This document shows, one piece after another, positions 10,973-22,673 of a stretch of 64,000 bases of DNA (its first letter is position 1; every line of letters starts with the position of its first letter). Position numbers and translations under genes: made by a program. The stretch is from Felis catus (Eukaryota), in the NCBI RefSeq assembly GCF_018350175.1, contig NC_058368.1:175214001-175278000 (forward strand), read 5' to 3'. The notes beneath the pieces were generated by a model that searched no databases, was not told where the DNA came from, and saw only the letters and a list, made by a program, of their open reading frames with translations.

Positions 10973-11900
10973 TGTGGGAGGCATTTCTGACATGACTCCC
11001 GTGGTTCCCACCTCCTGATAGTCACACTCTGGTGTAATCCCCTCCTATTGAGTGTGGGATGGATCCAGTGACTTGCTGCTAATGAATAGAACATAGCACA
11101 AATGATGAAATGCCACTTCTAAAATAAGATTACACAAGATGGTGACTTCCAGCTCACGCTTGCTTGCTTACCCTCCCTCCTCCCCCTCCTCCTTTTTCTT
11201 CCACTGCTTCTTCTCCTCCTCCTCCTCCTCCTCCTCCTTCTTCCCCTTCTTCCCCTTCTCCTCCTCCTCCTTCTTCTCCTTCTCCTTCTCCCCTTCCTAC
11301 TCCTCCTCCTCCTCCTCCTTCTCCTTCTCCTTCTTCCCCTTCTTCTCCTCCTCCTCCTCTTTCTTCTCCTTCTCCTTCTTCCCCTTCTTCTTCTCCTTCT
11401 TCTCCTTCTCCTTCTCCCCTTCCTACTCCTCCTCCTCCTTCTTCTCCTTCTCCTTCTCCTTCTCCTTCTTCCCCTTCTCCTCCTCCTCCTCCTCCTCCTT
11501 CTTCATCTTCTTCTTCTTCTTTTCTCCTTTCTGGCTCTTCCCTCATGCTTCACTTGATGGAGCAAGTATCATGGCAGATCCACATGTCAAGGAACTAAGA
11601 GTGACCTCCAGGCAGCAACCAGTGAAGAACTGAGGCCCACAGTCCAACAACCCATGAGGGACTGAACCCCGTCAGCAACTATGTGAGTGAGCTTGATGGC
11701 AGATCCATCCCTAGTTGAACCTTGAGATGGCTACAGCCCTAGAGGACAACTTGACTGCAGCCTGTGAGAGACCAGAAGGAGAGGCCCCTGCTAAACCATG
11801 CCCAGATTCCTGATCCACGGAACCTGAGATAATAAATTGTGTTGTTTTAAGTCATCATGCCTTGGAGCAATTTGTTACACAGCGCTGGCTGACTAATACA
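10973..11900 (+). mobile_element. MaLR (MLT1F/G-like) solo LTR containing an expanded pyrimidine tract
   Basis: TG start, gtgtaatcccctcc...gagtgtggg; 3' end ataataaattgtgttgttttaag...gactaataca. Confidence 0.8.
11171..11532. repeat. (TCC/TTC/CCC)n polypyrimidine repeat
   Basis: Only three purines (A11299, A11425, A11505) from 11207 to 11532. Confidence 0.97.
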
Positions 11901-12706
11901 GAATTCCTTAGCACAGTGCTTGGCACAGAAGTGCTTATAAAAAAGACACTACTTTTGTTACATCTGACTCCAAAACCATTTCCTCAGCTATCTCTCAAGA
12001 GTTCCTGAGAGATACTTCTGAGGTTAGAGCTGCTTTCCAAATGTGTTACTTTCTGCAGTTTTCAGCTATCTGTGGGTCTCAGAAAATTGAGGAGCGGAGG
12101 GTGGAGAAATGCTCTTCTTCCCTCTCGCTTGGGAGGCCCCGAGAGACTGAAACTGAAGTGAACTGGTATTTTTCCCTCCTACTGTGATCGTGCTAGTCCT
12201 GAATCCTACTCACCCTGTGAATTTAGTTGCAGCCCAAGTTCAACGTTGGCTGAATAGCTCCAAAATGGTGTCAGATAAAAACAGCACGGTCCGCATAGAA
12301 ACAAGCCTCCCATCTCACAGTTGCCATAGAAATAAGGAAACAGGTGACTAATAAGAAATCTTTGCCTGGATCTTGGTAAACGGACCCAGCCTTGAGGTCT
12401 GGGAGATTGATCACAAAGTCCTCTGAAGCTTTATTCTGACAAACAATCCCAAGAAATCTGGCTCCCCTCAGTTCTCAGAAATGTTGTGCATAGACTCATA
12501 AGACAAATCACACGCTGAAGGTGCCAATGAAGTTATTCTTTATGACCAATAATAACTTTCCTTGGGCACCCACCCCATCCCTCCTTGGGCTGTACCAGTG
12601 ATTTCTTCCAGATGGGCACATGCCCCACGCCTGCCAGTGAGGCTTCATTCTGGGATCCTGCTGAATATACTTGGAAAGAGAAGCATTTTCAAATAGCTTA
12701 GTAATA

Positions 12707-12905
12707 GGGGCACCTGGTTGTCTCCGTCAGTTTAGCAGCCAACTCTTGATTTCAGCTCAGGTCATGATCTCATTGCCTGTGAGGTTGAGCCCCACAGAGG
12801 TCGGGCTCTGCACCGACAGTGCTGAGCCTGCTTGAAATTCTCTCTCCTTCTCTCTCTGTCCCTCCCCTGCTTGCTTGCTCGCTCTCTCTAAAAATCAATA
12901 AATAA
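12707..12905 (+). mobile_element. CAN-SINE, older diverged subfamily
   Basis: ggggcacctgg...actcttgatttcagctcaggtcatgatc; diverged. Confidence 0.9.
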
Positions 12906-12919
12906 CCTCCAAAAATTTA

Positions 12920-13138
12920 AAAAAAATTTTTTTTTCAACGTTTATTTATTTTTGGGACAGAGAGAGACAGAGCATGAACGGGGGAGGGGCAGAGAGAGAA
13001 GGAGACACAGAATCGGAAACAGGCTCCAGGCTCCGAGCCATCAGCCCAGAGCCTGACGCGGGGCTCGAACTCACGGACCGCGAGATCGTGGCCTGGCTGA
13101 AGTCGGACGCTTAACCGAATGCGCCACCCAGGCGCCCC
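12920..13138 (-). mobile_element. CAN-SINE (young SINEC_Fc)
   Basis: Near-consensus young copy inserted in the tail of the previous SINE; TSD ~cctccaaaaa(a)ttt. Confidence 0.96.
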
Positions 13139-13431
13139 TCCAAAAAATTTTTTTAAATTAAGTAATTCAATAGTAGAACGTAAGTATGGGATTGCTTGGG
13201 GCTGCCATACCAGGATAACCTTTCTAGAAGAAAGAGAGCCCAGAAACACATGAGAAAGAAAGGGAGGGAGGGAGGGAGGGGAAGACAGAGTCCTCATTGT
13301 GAGGATATGTACCACTTGAACATTTAGATCCGTGTGTTCTGATCAGATTTCAACTCTAGACTCATTGGTCACATGAGTAAACCAACTTCATTTTTGCTTA
13401 ATTCTGTTTGGGTTGAGTTTCTGTCCTTTGG

Positions 13432-13432
<1 letters not shown>

Positions 13433-13490
<58 letters not shown>

Positions 13491-13505
13491 AGAGAGAGAA
13501 AGAAA
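13433..13505. repeat. (GAAA)n tetranucleotide microsatellite
   Basis: About 14 GAAA units followed by a GA/GAAA tail. Confidence 0.95.
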
Positions 13506-13953
13506 TGTTAGGGGTTGCATTGTGTTCACCAAAAGATATGTTGAAATCTTAACTCCCAGGACTTCGGAATGTGACTTTTTTTGCAAATAGGTTCATTGCA
13601 GATAAGGTTCATTAGTTTAGATGAAGTCATACTGGAGTAGGTTGATGTCTAATATGGCTGATGTCCTTGTAAGAAGGGGACGTGGGGTCACAGGGAGACC
13701 TTGCCATTTGATGGCAGAGCAGAGATTAAACCGACACTGCCAACCAAGGCATGCCGAAGATTGCCAGCCAGCACCAGAAGCTGGGAAGAGGCAAGGAAGG
13801 GTTCCACTCAGTTGAAGAGGGAGCACGACCTGTGACACCTCACAAGTTCTGAGGCTTCTGGCTTCCAGAACTGGGAAAGAATTCATTTCTGTTGTTTTAA
13901 GTCACTGAGTGTCTTGTGCTCTGTAACTACGGCAGCCTTAGAAAGCTAATCCA
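13506..13953 (+). mobile_element. MaLR (MLT1-type) solo LTR
   Basis: ccaaaagatatgttgaaatcttaactcc...ttctggcttccagaactg...atttctgttgttttaag. Confidence 0.8.
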
Positions 13954-13989
13954 ACACCTGGCTGATAGAAACATCATGAAAGGAAGCCA

Positions 13990-14185
13990 AGATCTGGCAC
14001 CAGAGTCAGAGATGGGATTCCTTGCCCTCTGTCTCTCTCTAGCTGTGTGACTCTGGGCAAGTCTCTTCACCTCAGTCACCTTGTCTGCAAAACGAGGAGC
14101 AAATTGCTCCCGCAGAGCTGTGGCATGTGCTTGGGATAATACTGTTCGCCAAGGGACCTAGCAGTGGCCATGACTCAACAGCCCT
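13990..14185 (+). mobile_element. MIR
   Basis: agctgtgtgactctgggcaagtctcttcacctc MIR core. Confidence 0.65.
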
Positions 14186-14804
14186 TTACCGAAAGAACCG
14201 TGAGGGGCGTGTGCTAACGGATCTCAGCTTTAAAAACGAAGACTCGCTTTGCAGTTTTTGTCTTCTTTTTCTGTTCATTTGGAGTATATTTAGATTCCCT
14301 TTTCTTGACTTCATCTCCATTTCGGAGGATCGTCTTGTAGGAACTTTCGTAGTGTGCCCAGTCTTGTTTCCCAGGAAAGGCAGTTTCTTTCCTCCCGCAA
14401 AACCCAGCCTTCTTCTCGTGGCGGGTGACTGACGAGCAACGGAAGCTGTCACACTGACAGACTCCAGCGAGGGGACTCAGCCTCCAGTTGCAGGCTTTAA
14501 TTTATCTGGGCGAGTTCCCGATCGACAGCAAAAGGAAGACAGAAGCATAACTTTTGGCCTTTTCTCCAGTTGTTGACCTCTTTGCACACCCTTGTTGTTC
14601 TTAATGGGATGGGGTGGCGACATTGACGTTACTGAAACTCCTTGTTCTGTGTCTTGGCGGGGGGGGGGGGGAGCCTGGGAGTAGCCATGGTGCTTCAGGA
14701 GTTGATGGAATGGGACATTCTGGCAATGGGCATTTCGTGGGAGGATAAGAGTGTCGGGAGCAGGGAGGACCCCACACAAATACACCTGCTAGATGGTGGT
14801 TCCG

Positions 14805-14999
14805 GGGGCACCTGGGCAGCTCTGACGGTTCAACGTTGGACTTCGGCTCAGGTCGTGATCTCACAGCTCATGAGGTCGAGCCCCACATTAGGTTCTCAGC
14901 ACTGGGCCTGCTTCAGATCCTCTGTCCCTCTCTCTCTCTGTCCTTCCCTGAATCATTCTCTCTCTCTCTCCAAGTAAAGAAATAAACTTAAAAAAAAAA
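14805..14999 (+). mobile_element. CAN-SINE, older
   Basis: ggggcacctggg...ggctcaggtcgtgatctcac...A tail. Confidence 0.9.
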
Positions 15000-15058
15000 T
15001 GATGGTTCTAGAAGGTCTATTCACATTCTTCTAATGTGAGCCACTTCAAAAAATTTTA

Positions 15059-15280
15059 GGGGCGCCTGGGTGGCTCAGTCGGTGAAGCGTCCGACTTCAG
15101 CTCAGGTCACGATCTCGCGGTCCGCGAGTTCGAGCCCCGCGTCGGGCTCTGGGCTGATGGCTCGGAGCCTGGAGCCTGCTTCCGATTCTGTGTCTCCCTC
15201 TCTCTCTGCCCCTCCCCCGTTCATGCTGTGTCTCTCTCTGTCTCAAAAATAAATAAATGTTAAAAAAAAATTAAAAAAAA
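15059..15280 (+). mobile_element. CAN-SINE (SINEC_Fc)
   Basis: Full length; TSD ~aaaaaatttta. Confidence 0.96.
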
Positions 15281-15617
15281 TTTTATCATACTGTGTTATA
15301 TTTTTCTGCCCTTGTCAGTCTCTCTCCATATCCTCAGTGTTTAGCAAGGGAGCAGCCCACAGATAAATGACATTATCAGGCTCTAACCATGATCATGCAT
15401 CTTTTTTTTTTTCTTTAAATCAAACTGATCCAAACTAATCCACACAGACTTCATCATTTTTCCCTCCTCTGCGCTTCAAACCAGGCACAAAGTTCTGAGA
15501 TCGAGTCCGTTGGTGCAACCAAATGATGGAACACTGCTGTGGCCTGTGCTGGTTGGAACGCCAGTGTGTAGGCTGTGGAAATCATTTGATGTCTATTACA
15601 TTTGTGCATGTTTTATA

Positions 15618-15621
<4 letters not shown>

Positions 15622-15659
<38 letters not shown>
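15622..15659. repeat. (GT)19 microsatellite
   Basis: Perfect GT run. Confidence 0.95.
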
Positions 15660-15661
<2 letters not shown>

Positions 15662-15701
15662 CACTACTGTTCTCAGTAAAACTCAGGCTGGCCAGACATT
15701 C

Positions 15702-15928
15702 TTTTTTTTTAAAATTTTTTTTTTCAACGTTTATTTTATTTTTGGGACAGAGAGAGACAGAGCATGAACGGGGGAGGGGCAGAGAGAGAGGGAGACATAG
15801 AATCGGAAACAGGCTCCAGGCTCTGAGCCATCAGCCCAGAGCCCGACGCGGGGCTCGAACTCACAGACCGCGAGATCGTGACCTGGCTGAAGTCGGACGC
15901 TTAACCGACTGCGCCACCCAGGCGCCCC
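15702..15928 (-). mobile_element. CAN-SINE (young SINEC_Fc)
   Basis: Full length; TSD cagacattctt. Confidence 0.96.
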
Positions 15929-16436
15929 CAGACATTCTTGTATCTATAGATCTTATTGTCATGATCCACCGTCCGATGGCTTTAAGAACACTAGACTCTT
16001 TCATGAGATTTCTCCCAGTTTAAGAGGGCTCATATACCCATGATTTCTCTGCCTCAGGCCCTATGACAACTTAGACACAAAACTCAGTGCCAGCATTCGT
16101 GTCCAGAGGAAACCCATGTAGGCAAAACGCTTTGAGAATCTCTATAGATCTCAGCGAAGATGCATGGGTAATGGGTTTGGGGACAGGTCTAACACCTGCC
16201 CACCCTCTCTGCCAATGTGTTCTCCTATCTCCATATGGGATCAACCCAGATTGCTCAACATTTTTTATTCAGAGAAGTTAAGGGAAGGGCTTTTGTGGTT
16301 TAAATATCCTAGGGGGTGGGGTCCTCATCCTCCAACCTAGGTGGTCCAGGTAAGTACAATTAGATGTTTTCTTCTAGAGAAATATCAGTGGATAAAAATG
16401 TCTCCATTTTTATTTTCACATTAGTAAATATGTCCC

Positions 16437-16840
16437 TGTATTAGTTTGCTAGAGCTGCTGTAACAAAACGTCAGGGGGCTTAAACAACAGATATTTATTG
16501 TCTCACGGTTCTGGAACCTAGAAATCTGAGATCGAGGTGTTGGTAGGTTTAGTTCCTTTTGCATGTTGTGAGGGAATGATCTGGTCCAGGCCTCTCTCTG
16601 TGGCTTGCAGACGACCATCTTCGTGTGCACATGGCTCTCTCTCTGTATGTGTGTCTGTCTCTCGATTTCGACTTTGTATAAGGATCCAGTTACATGGGAA
16701 TAGGGCCCGCCCTGACGACCCGACTTTAACTTGACTACCTCTGTAAAAACTCTCTCCTCAAATCAGGTTACGTTCTGAGGTACTGAGGATTAGAACTTCA
16801 ACATGGGAATTTGAAGCAGGATGCAATGCGGCCCATAGCA
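16437..16840 (-). mobile_element. MaLR (MLT1-type) solo LTR
   Basis: tgtattagtttgctagagctgctgtaacaaa...ttctgaggtactgaggattagaacttcaacat. Confidence 0.82.
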
Positions 16841-17719
16841 GTCCCATTATCCAGTTCAAGAACTCCTGCATCTGAAAGGCCTCAAATGTTAAATGAAGAA
16901 AAAGTTGAAAGCATATGCCCACATCTCTGGTGGTCTTTACGCAAGCAGTGGTCCCATTCAGAGGCCGAACCCCACCTTGGACAACGATGGAGAGCTGTTT
17001 CCCTCGGCCATGGGGTAGGTGGGTGCTGTGGTCTGCGAAGGCCTTATTCACCTGAGATCCCGCCCATAAACATGGCTACTTTGCCAAAGCTTATTTGGGA
17101 AGCCAGAACGCTAACTTTTGCCTTTTGAGTTATTAGTGTCGCACACATGATTAAAGCCTGGCTCTTCAAAGTTTAAGTAATTAACACCTTTGGTGATTCT
17201 CTCCAAAGGGATATCAGCTTGACTGAACGTGATAAACTTTTAATTAACTCTTATTATTGGCAACACAGGATTTCCCGTCAGTGTGGGCCTGTCGAGAGGT
17301 GTTCCATTATGTTGCTAAATACGCTGTCACCTTGCTGAACTGTGGCGAATGCACACCCTCAGCCTGCCATATAAAAAATGAAAAGGACTCCAGATGGGTT
17401 GGAGGAGGGATCCCAGTGTAGACTGAGTGTAAACCATAGAGAGAGCGAGGCTGGGAAGTGTATTTGCTCCCTTGACCCCACTCAGCTAAGCTAGTGTCAT
17501 TTCTTGGGCAGAAGTTTATGCCGGGACCACAGAACTTCTACTTGGTGTTCGAGGGTGAACAACAGACCCGATTATAATAGCTATAAGAGAAACTTACAGA
17601 GGAGGAAACACTCAGCTTCAGAAAAATTAAGAGACTTGCCAAGGGTCATAGGACATTAAGCAACAGAGCCAGAACTAAGACTTAGATTCGATGCTGCAAA
17701 GTTGTTTTGACCATATAAT

Positions 17720-18145
17720 GTCAGTCCAGCCCTGTGGCGGCCATCTGCTCGGTTCAGTCTGGGTTTCCTTTTGAGAATCACCATTCCTTCACTCTCAGGT
17801 CATTGGCTCAAGTGAGGCTGACTTCACCTATCCCATTGCAAGGTTGGGGTTGGACGCATGACCCAGCCTGGGTAAGCGAAGTCTTGACAATGGGTTTTCA
17901 TGGTCATGTAACTCAAAGTAAGCCAAGGACATCTGACGGAGGGGCTCTGTTCCTGTGCTAAATTTGGAGCCGCCCGTGGTCATCCTCACCTACACTTCGG
18001 AAGAGCCTTCTTAAGAATGAAAGCATCACAAGAGAAAATGGTCATGGCTAAAGTCAGAGTCATCCCTAGGCTTTTCAGTTACGCGAGCCAATAAGTTTCC
18101 TCTTTTGCTTAAGTCTGTTTCGACTGAGTTTTTGGTATTTGTGCT
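17720..18145 (+). mobile_element. Old MaLR (MLT1J/K-like) LTR fragment
   Basis: ttttcagttacgcgagccaataagtttcctcttttgcttaag 3' motif. Confidence 0.5.
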
Positions 18146-18786
18146 CGGAAGGGTAGAGATTAATCCAATCCTTTTGGTTAAAGGATCCAAAGCACAGGGT
18201 TGGGTGGTGCCGGAAGGGAACAATCTAGCAGACAAGGAACGCGGGGGGCCAAAGGTTTTTAAACTCAAGTGCACATGGGTGGTGACGTGGAGTCTTGGGG
18301 ACCTGTCTGTGTTTGGAGCATCCTGGCAGGAGGCCTTCTGATATGTAGGGGGCCCATGCAACATAGACCCTGGTTTCACTTTAGCCGGTGTGTCTTATTT
18401 CACGAGCTAAGTTAAAAACAAACTTGTGGCTCTAACAGTCACAAAGGGCAGATCCAGATCACTTCCTGTCTTCACAAGAATGCCCTTTCCTCCCCAGCAT
18501 TCTAACAACCCCTCAATCAACAAGTTTGAGAATTCCCGGGACCTCATTTAAGTTCAAGGGCTCAGCAGTACCCGTTCCGATACCTTTAAAGGGAAACAAG
18601 AAACTGGAAAAATTTAATATCCAGGTGAAGCTCATTTATGTTTGTTGATATAATTAATATGTCTGGTCATAGTTCTAGTTATTTTGTTTATTTTGTTACA
18701 AGATAAATATCATAAAACTCTCCTGTTTGGTCTCTGCTGTTTTATATTTTATTTTTGTATTTCTTTTAGTCTTTAAGAAGATTCCT

Positions 18787-19022
18787 GGGGCGCCTGGGTG
18801 ACGCAGTCGGTTAAGCATCCGGCTTCAGCCAGGTCACGATCTCGCGGTCCGTGAGTTCGAGCCCCGCGTCGGGCTCTGGGCTGATGGCTCGGAGCCTGGA
18901 GCCTGTTTCCGATTCTGTGTCTCCCTCTCTCTCTGCCCCTCCCCCATTCATGCTCTGTCTCTCTCTGTCCCAAAAATAAATAAACGTTGAAAAAAAATTT
19001 TTTTTTAAATAAAAAAAAAAAA
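18787..19022 (+). mobile_element. CAN-SINE (young SINEC_Fc)
   Basis: Full length; TSD aagattcct. Confidence 0.96.
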
Positions 19023-19371
19023 AGATTCCTATGTTTGCTCCTGTGATTAACTTTACATTATTATCTTTACATAATGCCTGTGGTCACCCTTTTTCCTTTA
19101 GACGATGTCTATTGGCTCTCTACTCTGGGCAGTATGTGTTAGGCTGCAGTCTCTTCCTCTTCCCTCCCCTCCCCTCCACCGACTTTCAGTCTATAGAGTT
19201 ATCTTTCTTATTTGACCTTTTCACTTTTAAGTAGGCTTAACCTTCTGCTATTTGGTTTGTCAGCTTGAAGTGATATTCTTTGATTCTCATCTATTACCTT
19301 TAAGGCAGACAATGAACATACCCCATTGTCCCTCTTACCTCCACCTTCTCCCACTTTAAAAGTTGCATTAT

Positions 19372-19577
19372 TCTTTTTTTTTTTTAATGTTTATTTTTGA
19401 GAGAGAGAGAGAGGTGAGCAAGGGAGGAGCAGAGAGAGAAGGAGACACAGAATCCAAAGCAGGCTCCAGGCTCCAAGCCATCAGCACAGAACCCGATGCG
19501 GGGCTTGAACCCACAAACCATGAGATCATGACCTGAGCTGAAGGCAGACGTTTAACCGACTGAGCCACCCAAGTGCC
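19372..19577 (-). mobile_element. CAN-SINE
   Basis: Reverse copy, CpG-decayed; TSD ~aaaagttg. Confidence 0.93.
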
Positions 19578-19859
19578 GAAAAGTTGTGCTCTTCTTATTA
19601 TGTCAAGGTATTTGACATGTGCATGCTGTTCCTCTCCCCTTACTGCAGCCTGCCTTTTTCATGTTAGTTCTACAGTTCAATATAGTCGATGTTTTCCAGC
19701 AATCATTTATTTGCCAAAATTGATTGGGTAAAGTTGGAGATTTCCTAGATTCCTTAAAAAGAGTTCAAGGGTACAGTTGTCCCCAAACTCTTGCATATTC
19801 AAACTATTTTTTCTCTTGCCTGGCTACTTGAAGTAGTTTAGCTGTACTCGAAATCCTCA

Positions 19860-20033
19860 GGGGCACCTGGGTGGTTCTGTCAGTCAATCGTCTGGCTCTT
19901 GATTTCGGCTCAAGTCATGATCTCACAGTTTGTGAGATCAAGCGCTGTGCTGGCTCCGTGCCAACAGTGGGGAGCCCTCCTTGGGATTCTCTCTTTCCCT
20001 CCCTCTCTCAAAATGAATAAACAAACTTAAAAA
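19860..20033 (+). mobile_element. CAN-SINE, older
   Basis: ggggcacctgggtgg...tcttgatttcggctcaagtcatgatc. Confidence 0.88.
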
Positions 20034-20159
20034 TAATCCTTGACTCACTTTTTCTCTTCATGTGTCTTGTAGATACGTTCTTGCTCTTGACAAGACAACC
20101 CAACTTTCTAACTTTTGGAGGAAACTTTGAGTTTTGTCTGTTTGTTTTCTTTTCTTTTC

Positions 20160-20386
20160 TTTTTTTAAAATTTTTTTTTCAACGTTTTTTATTTTATTTT
20201 TGGGACAGAGAGAGACAGAGCATGAACGGGGGAGGGGCAGAGAGAGAGGGAGACACAGAATCGGAAACAGGCTCCAGGCTCCGAGCCATCAGCCCAGAGC
20301 CTGACGCGGGGCTCAAACTCATGGACCGCGAGATCGTGACGTGGCTGAAGTCGGACGCTTAACCGACTGCGCCACCCAGGCGCCCC
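20160..20386 (-). mobile_element. CAN-SINE (young SINEC_Fc)
   Basis: Full length; TSD ~tttcttttctttt. Confidence 0.96.
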
Positions 20387-20716
20387 TTTCTTTTCTTTTC
20401 TTGACTAGAGGTCCAGAGAATACTTTTTCCTTATATTTAGTCTAGTAATTTTATCAGGATGTTTTGGGTTTATGCTCTCTTGGTCAATTTTCCCCAAATA
20501 TATGGTATACCCTTTCAACATGGAGAGGCAGGTCTTTCATTTTGGTATAGTTCTTGAATTAAAGGGTAGAGGAAGAGGTATTTGGGTGACTTTTTCTATT
20601 TCTCAATTCAAAGATTCTCTGTTCTACAATGAAGGGCAAAAAAAATTTTTTTTAATATATGGCATCTCTTTGGAAATTTAGTTTTTTTTTCTGAACTTCT
20701 TTCTTCTACAGAAAAG

Positions 20717-20861
20717 TAGGGTGACTAATCTTCCCAGTTGGCTTGGGAATGAGGGTGTTTCCAAGGATGTGGGACTTTCAGTATGAAAACTGAGATAGTC
20801 CTAGGAAAAAAAATTATGATAAAAAAAAACCAGTGTGTTCCCATGACTGACTGTCACTCTG
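20717..20861. mobile_element. hAT-Blackjack-like MITE (MER94/MER81-like)
   Basis: Imperfect terminal inverted repeats tagggtgac...gtcactctg and internal gggactttcagt. Confidence 0.55.
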
Positions 20862-21439
20862 GTCCTGTTTCTTTCCAACTCTCCCTCTTTTGCTCACCCA
20901 TCACATTTTAAAACTGATCTCAGTACTTCCCAACCAAAGGAAGGTCTCTCTCCTTTCTGGATGAACCTTGTTGATGGGTTCTGGCTTCTGTTACTGCTAG
21001 ACCCCTGCTTCACACTCTGTTCTTCTACATAGCCCCCACGGCTCTCCCTGCACTGGTCAAGACTTGACTCTAGCTCAAATACATGCTTCTTGATTCACAT
21101 GTAGGTTGAAGTATGTGGTCTTCTCTTCCTCCTTGTGAAGCTACAGCTCTTGTAGACCAGGGGTGGGTTTTTTCTCTTCTAAGTGGTCTATGGATTTTTA
21201 GGAGATGTGCAAAATTTAAAATTGAGGGTGGCCATTTTTATCCTTCAGGAAGCCAGATGCCCAGAAAGTGGGAAAATTTGATCAGTCTACTAATGGGTGC
21301 CAAGCTCGGCTGCCATCATGGGCATTTCTGTCGTACCATTGCTGTTGAGCTTTGAGGAGCTGAAGCTCCCTGCCTCACCAGTGCATCTGGCAACTACTCT
21401 CAGGTGGGCAGGCTCAGGAAGAACCATTTACCAGGCATC

Positions 21440-21870
21440 TTGTCATTCCAGAAACTGTGTTAAGTACTTTCATGCCTCCATGCCTTTGCTTATGCTGTTA
21501 CTTCTGCCTCGAATACCCTTTGCCTACTTCTCCATCTGGAAAAATTCTATGCATCCTTCAAATTCAGCTCAAATGTCAGCCTTATTTATGAAGCTTCTCC
21601 ACCTCCTTTCCCCCCTATCACCACCAACTCATTCTGTTGTGTTAATGCATCTCTCCTTCTGCTGTGTTAGAGCATCACTTGGCTGAAACCCCCATATTGT
21701 AGTGCTTATTCCATTGGCTCTAATTTGACATTCTCTCTCTTACTAGACCCTGAGGTCTTCAAGGTCAGAGGATGTGCCTGATTTGTCCTGTGCCCTAAAC
21801 ACCCAGCACAATGCTTGGCATAGAGTAGTTGCTCTCAAACCTTTACTGAATGAATAAGTAAATAAAATAG
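21440..21870 (+). mobile_element. L2 3' end
   Basis: cagcacaatgcttggcatagagtag...tactgaatgaataa L2 terminus. Confidence 0.7.
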
Positions 21871-21989
21871 CTTATGCCAGGCTTGCATCTAAGACAGCGC
21901 CATGATGTAGACAGCGATCACACAAAGCACTTCTCACCATTCACAAAGGCACAGCTGACATTGCAGACTTGGCCTCCAGTAAGGAAGCA

Positions 21990-22400
21990 CTGGGCTCTTT
22001 TATTCTGCTTCATTATTATTTTTTTAAAGAAACAATATGATGTTTCCTTAGTGCTCCCCAAAGCGCACCAATCAGCATACTAATCGCCCCGAAGTGTCAT
22101 CTGAATCTGCCAATTTCATAAATTTGCATCTTTTCCAATCAGTTCCTCATTCCCCTCCCCCCTCCTTCATTAGCTATTCTCGGAAGAGCTGCATTCCTTC
22201 CATATTGCTCAAACTGACTTGATTTTTATTTCTCTTTGTAAAGACAGATTTGTGAAATGATGGAATTAGTCATTGCCAATTTCATGCATTTACGCTTTGT
22301 GCGTTAACACCTTATATTTATTCAGCCCCACTCTCCCCTTCTGGCTCCAGATGGTGTGGCAGTACAGCCTTGAGTGTGGAGGGGAGAAAACTCATTCTCT
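21990..22400. promoter_or_regulatory. Candidate conserved non-coding element (enhancer/promoter-like)
   Basis: No recognisable repeat; octamer ATTTGCAT 22122, CCAATCAG at 22068 and 22135, TGCCAATTTCAT at 22108 and 22274, TTCTCGGAA 22177. Confidence 0.45.
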
Positions 22401-22419
22401 CTCCCTCCCCCTCCCACAG

Positions 22420-22520
22420 TTTCAGCTCCAGCTCGACTGTGCCAGATTTGAATGGCGCATCACCCTCTGGCAAACGGGGCTCCGTCTGCAGATTTCACAG
22501 CCGCTTAGGAACTGGGAGAT
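22420..22520 (+). other. Candidate exon A of an unknown transcript
   Basis: Branch-like actcat + long pyrimidine tract + CAG (22419); donor GAT|GTGAGT at 22521. Confidence 0.35.
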
Positions 22521-22627
22521 GTGAGTGAGACAGTGGAAACTGTCAGATACAGGCTCTTTTCACTCCGGCCACTGTTCCCCAAATAAAGCCGCAGTGGGAT
22601 GATATTTTGATATGTTCGCAGATATGA

Positions 22628-22629
22628 GT

Positions 22630-22665
<36 letters not shown>
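22628..22665. repeat. (TG)n microsatellite
   Basis: Direct reading; abuts ttctcctag. Confidence 0.93.
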
Positions 22666-22666
<1 letters not shown>

Positions 22667-22673
22667 CTCCTAG

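Noticed and set aside
11139..11633. Glu/Gly-rich minus-strand ORF resembling RPGR ORF15, and Pro/Ser-rich plus-strand ORFs
   Set aside because: The similarity is compositional only. The tract lies inside an MLT1 LTR and no RPGR unique sequence flanks it.
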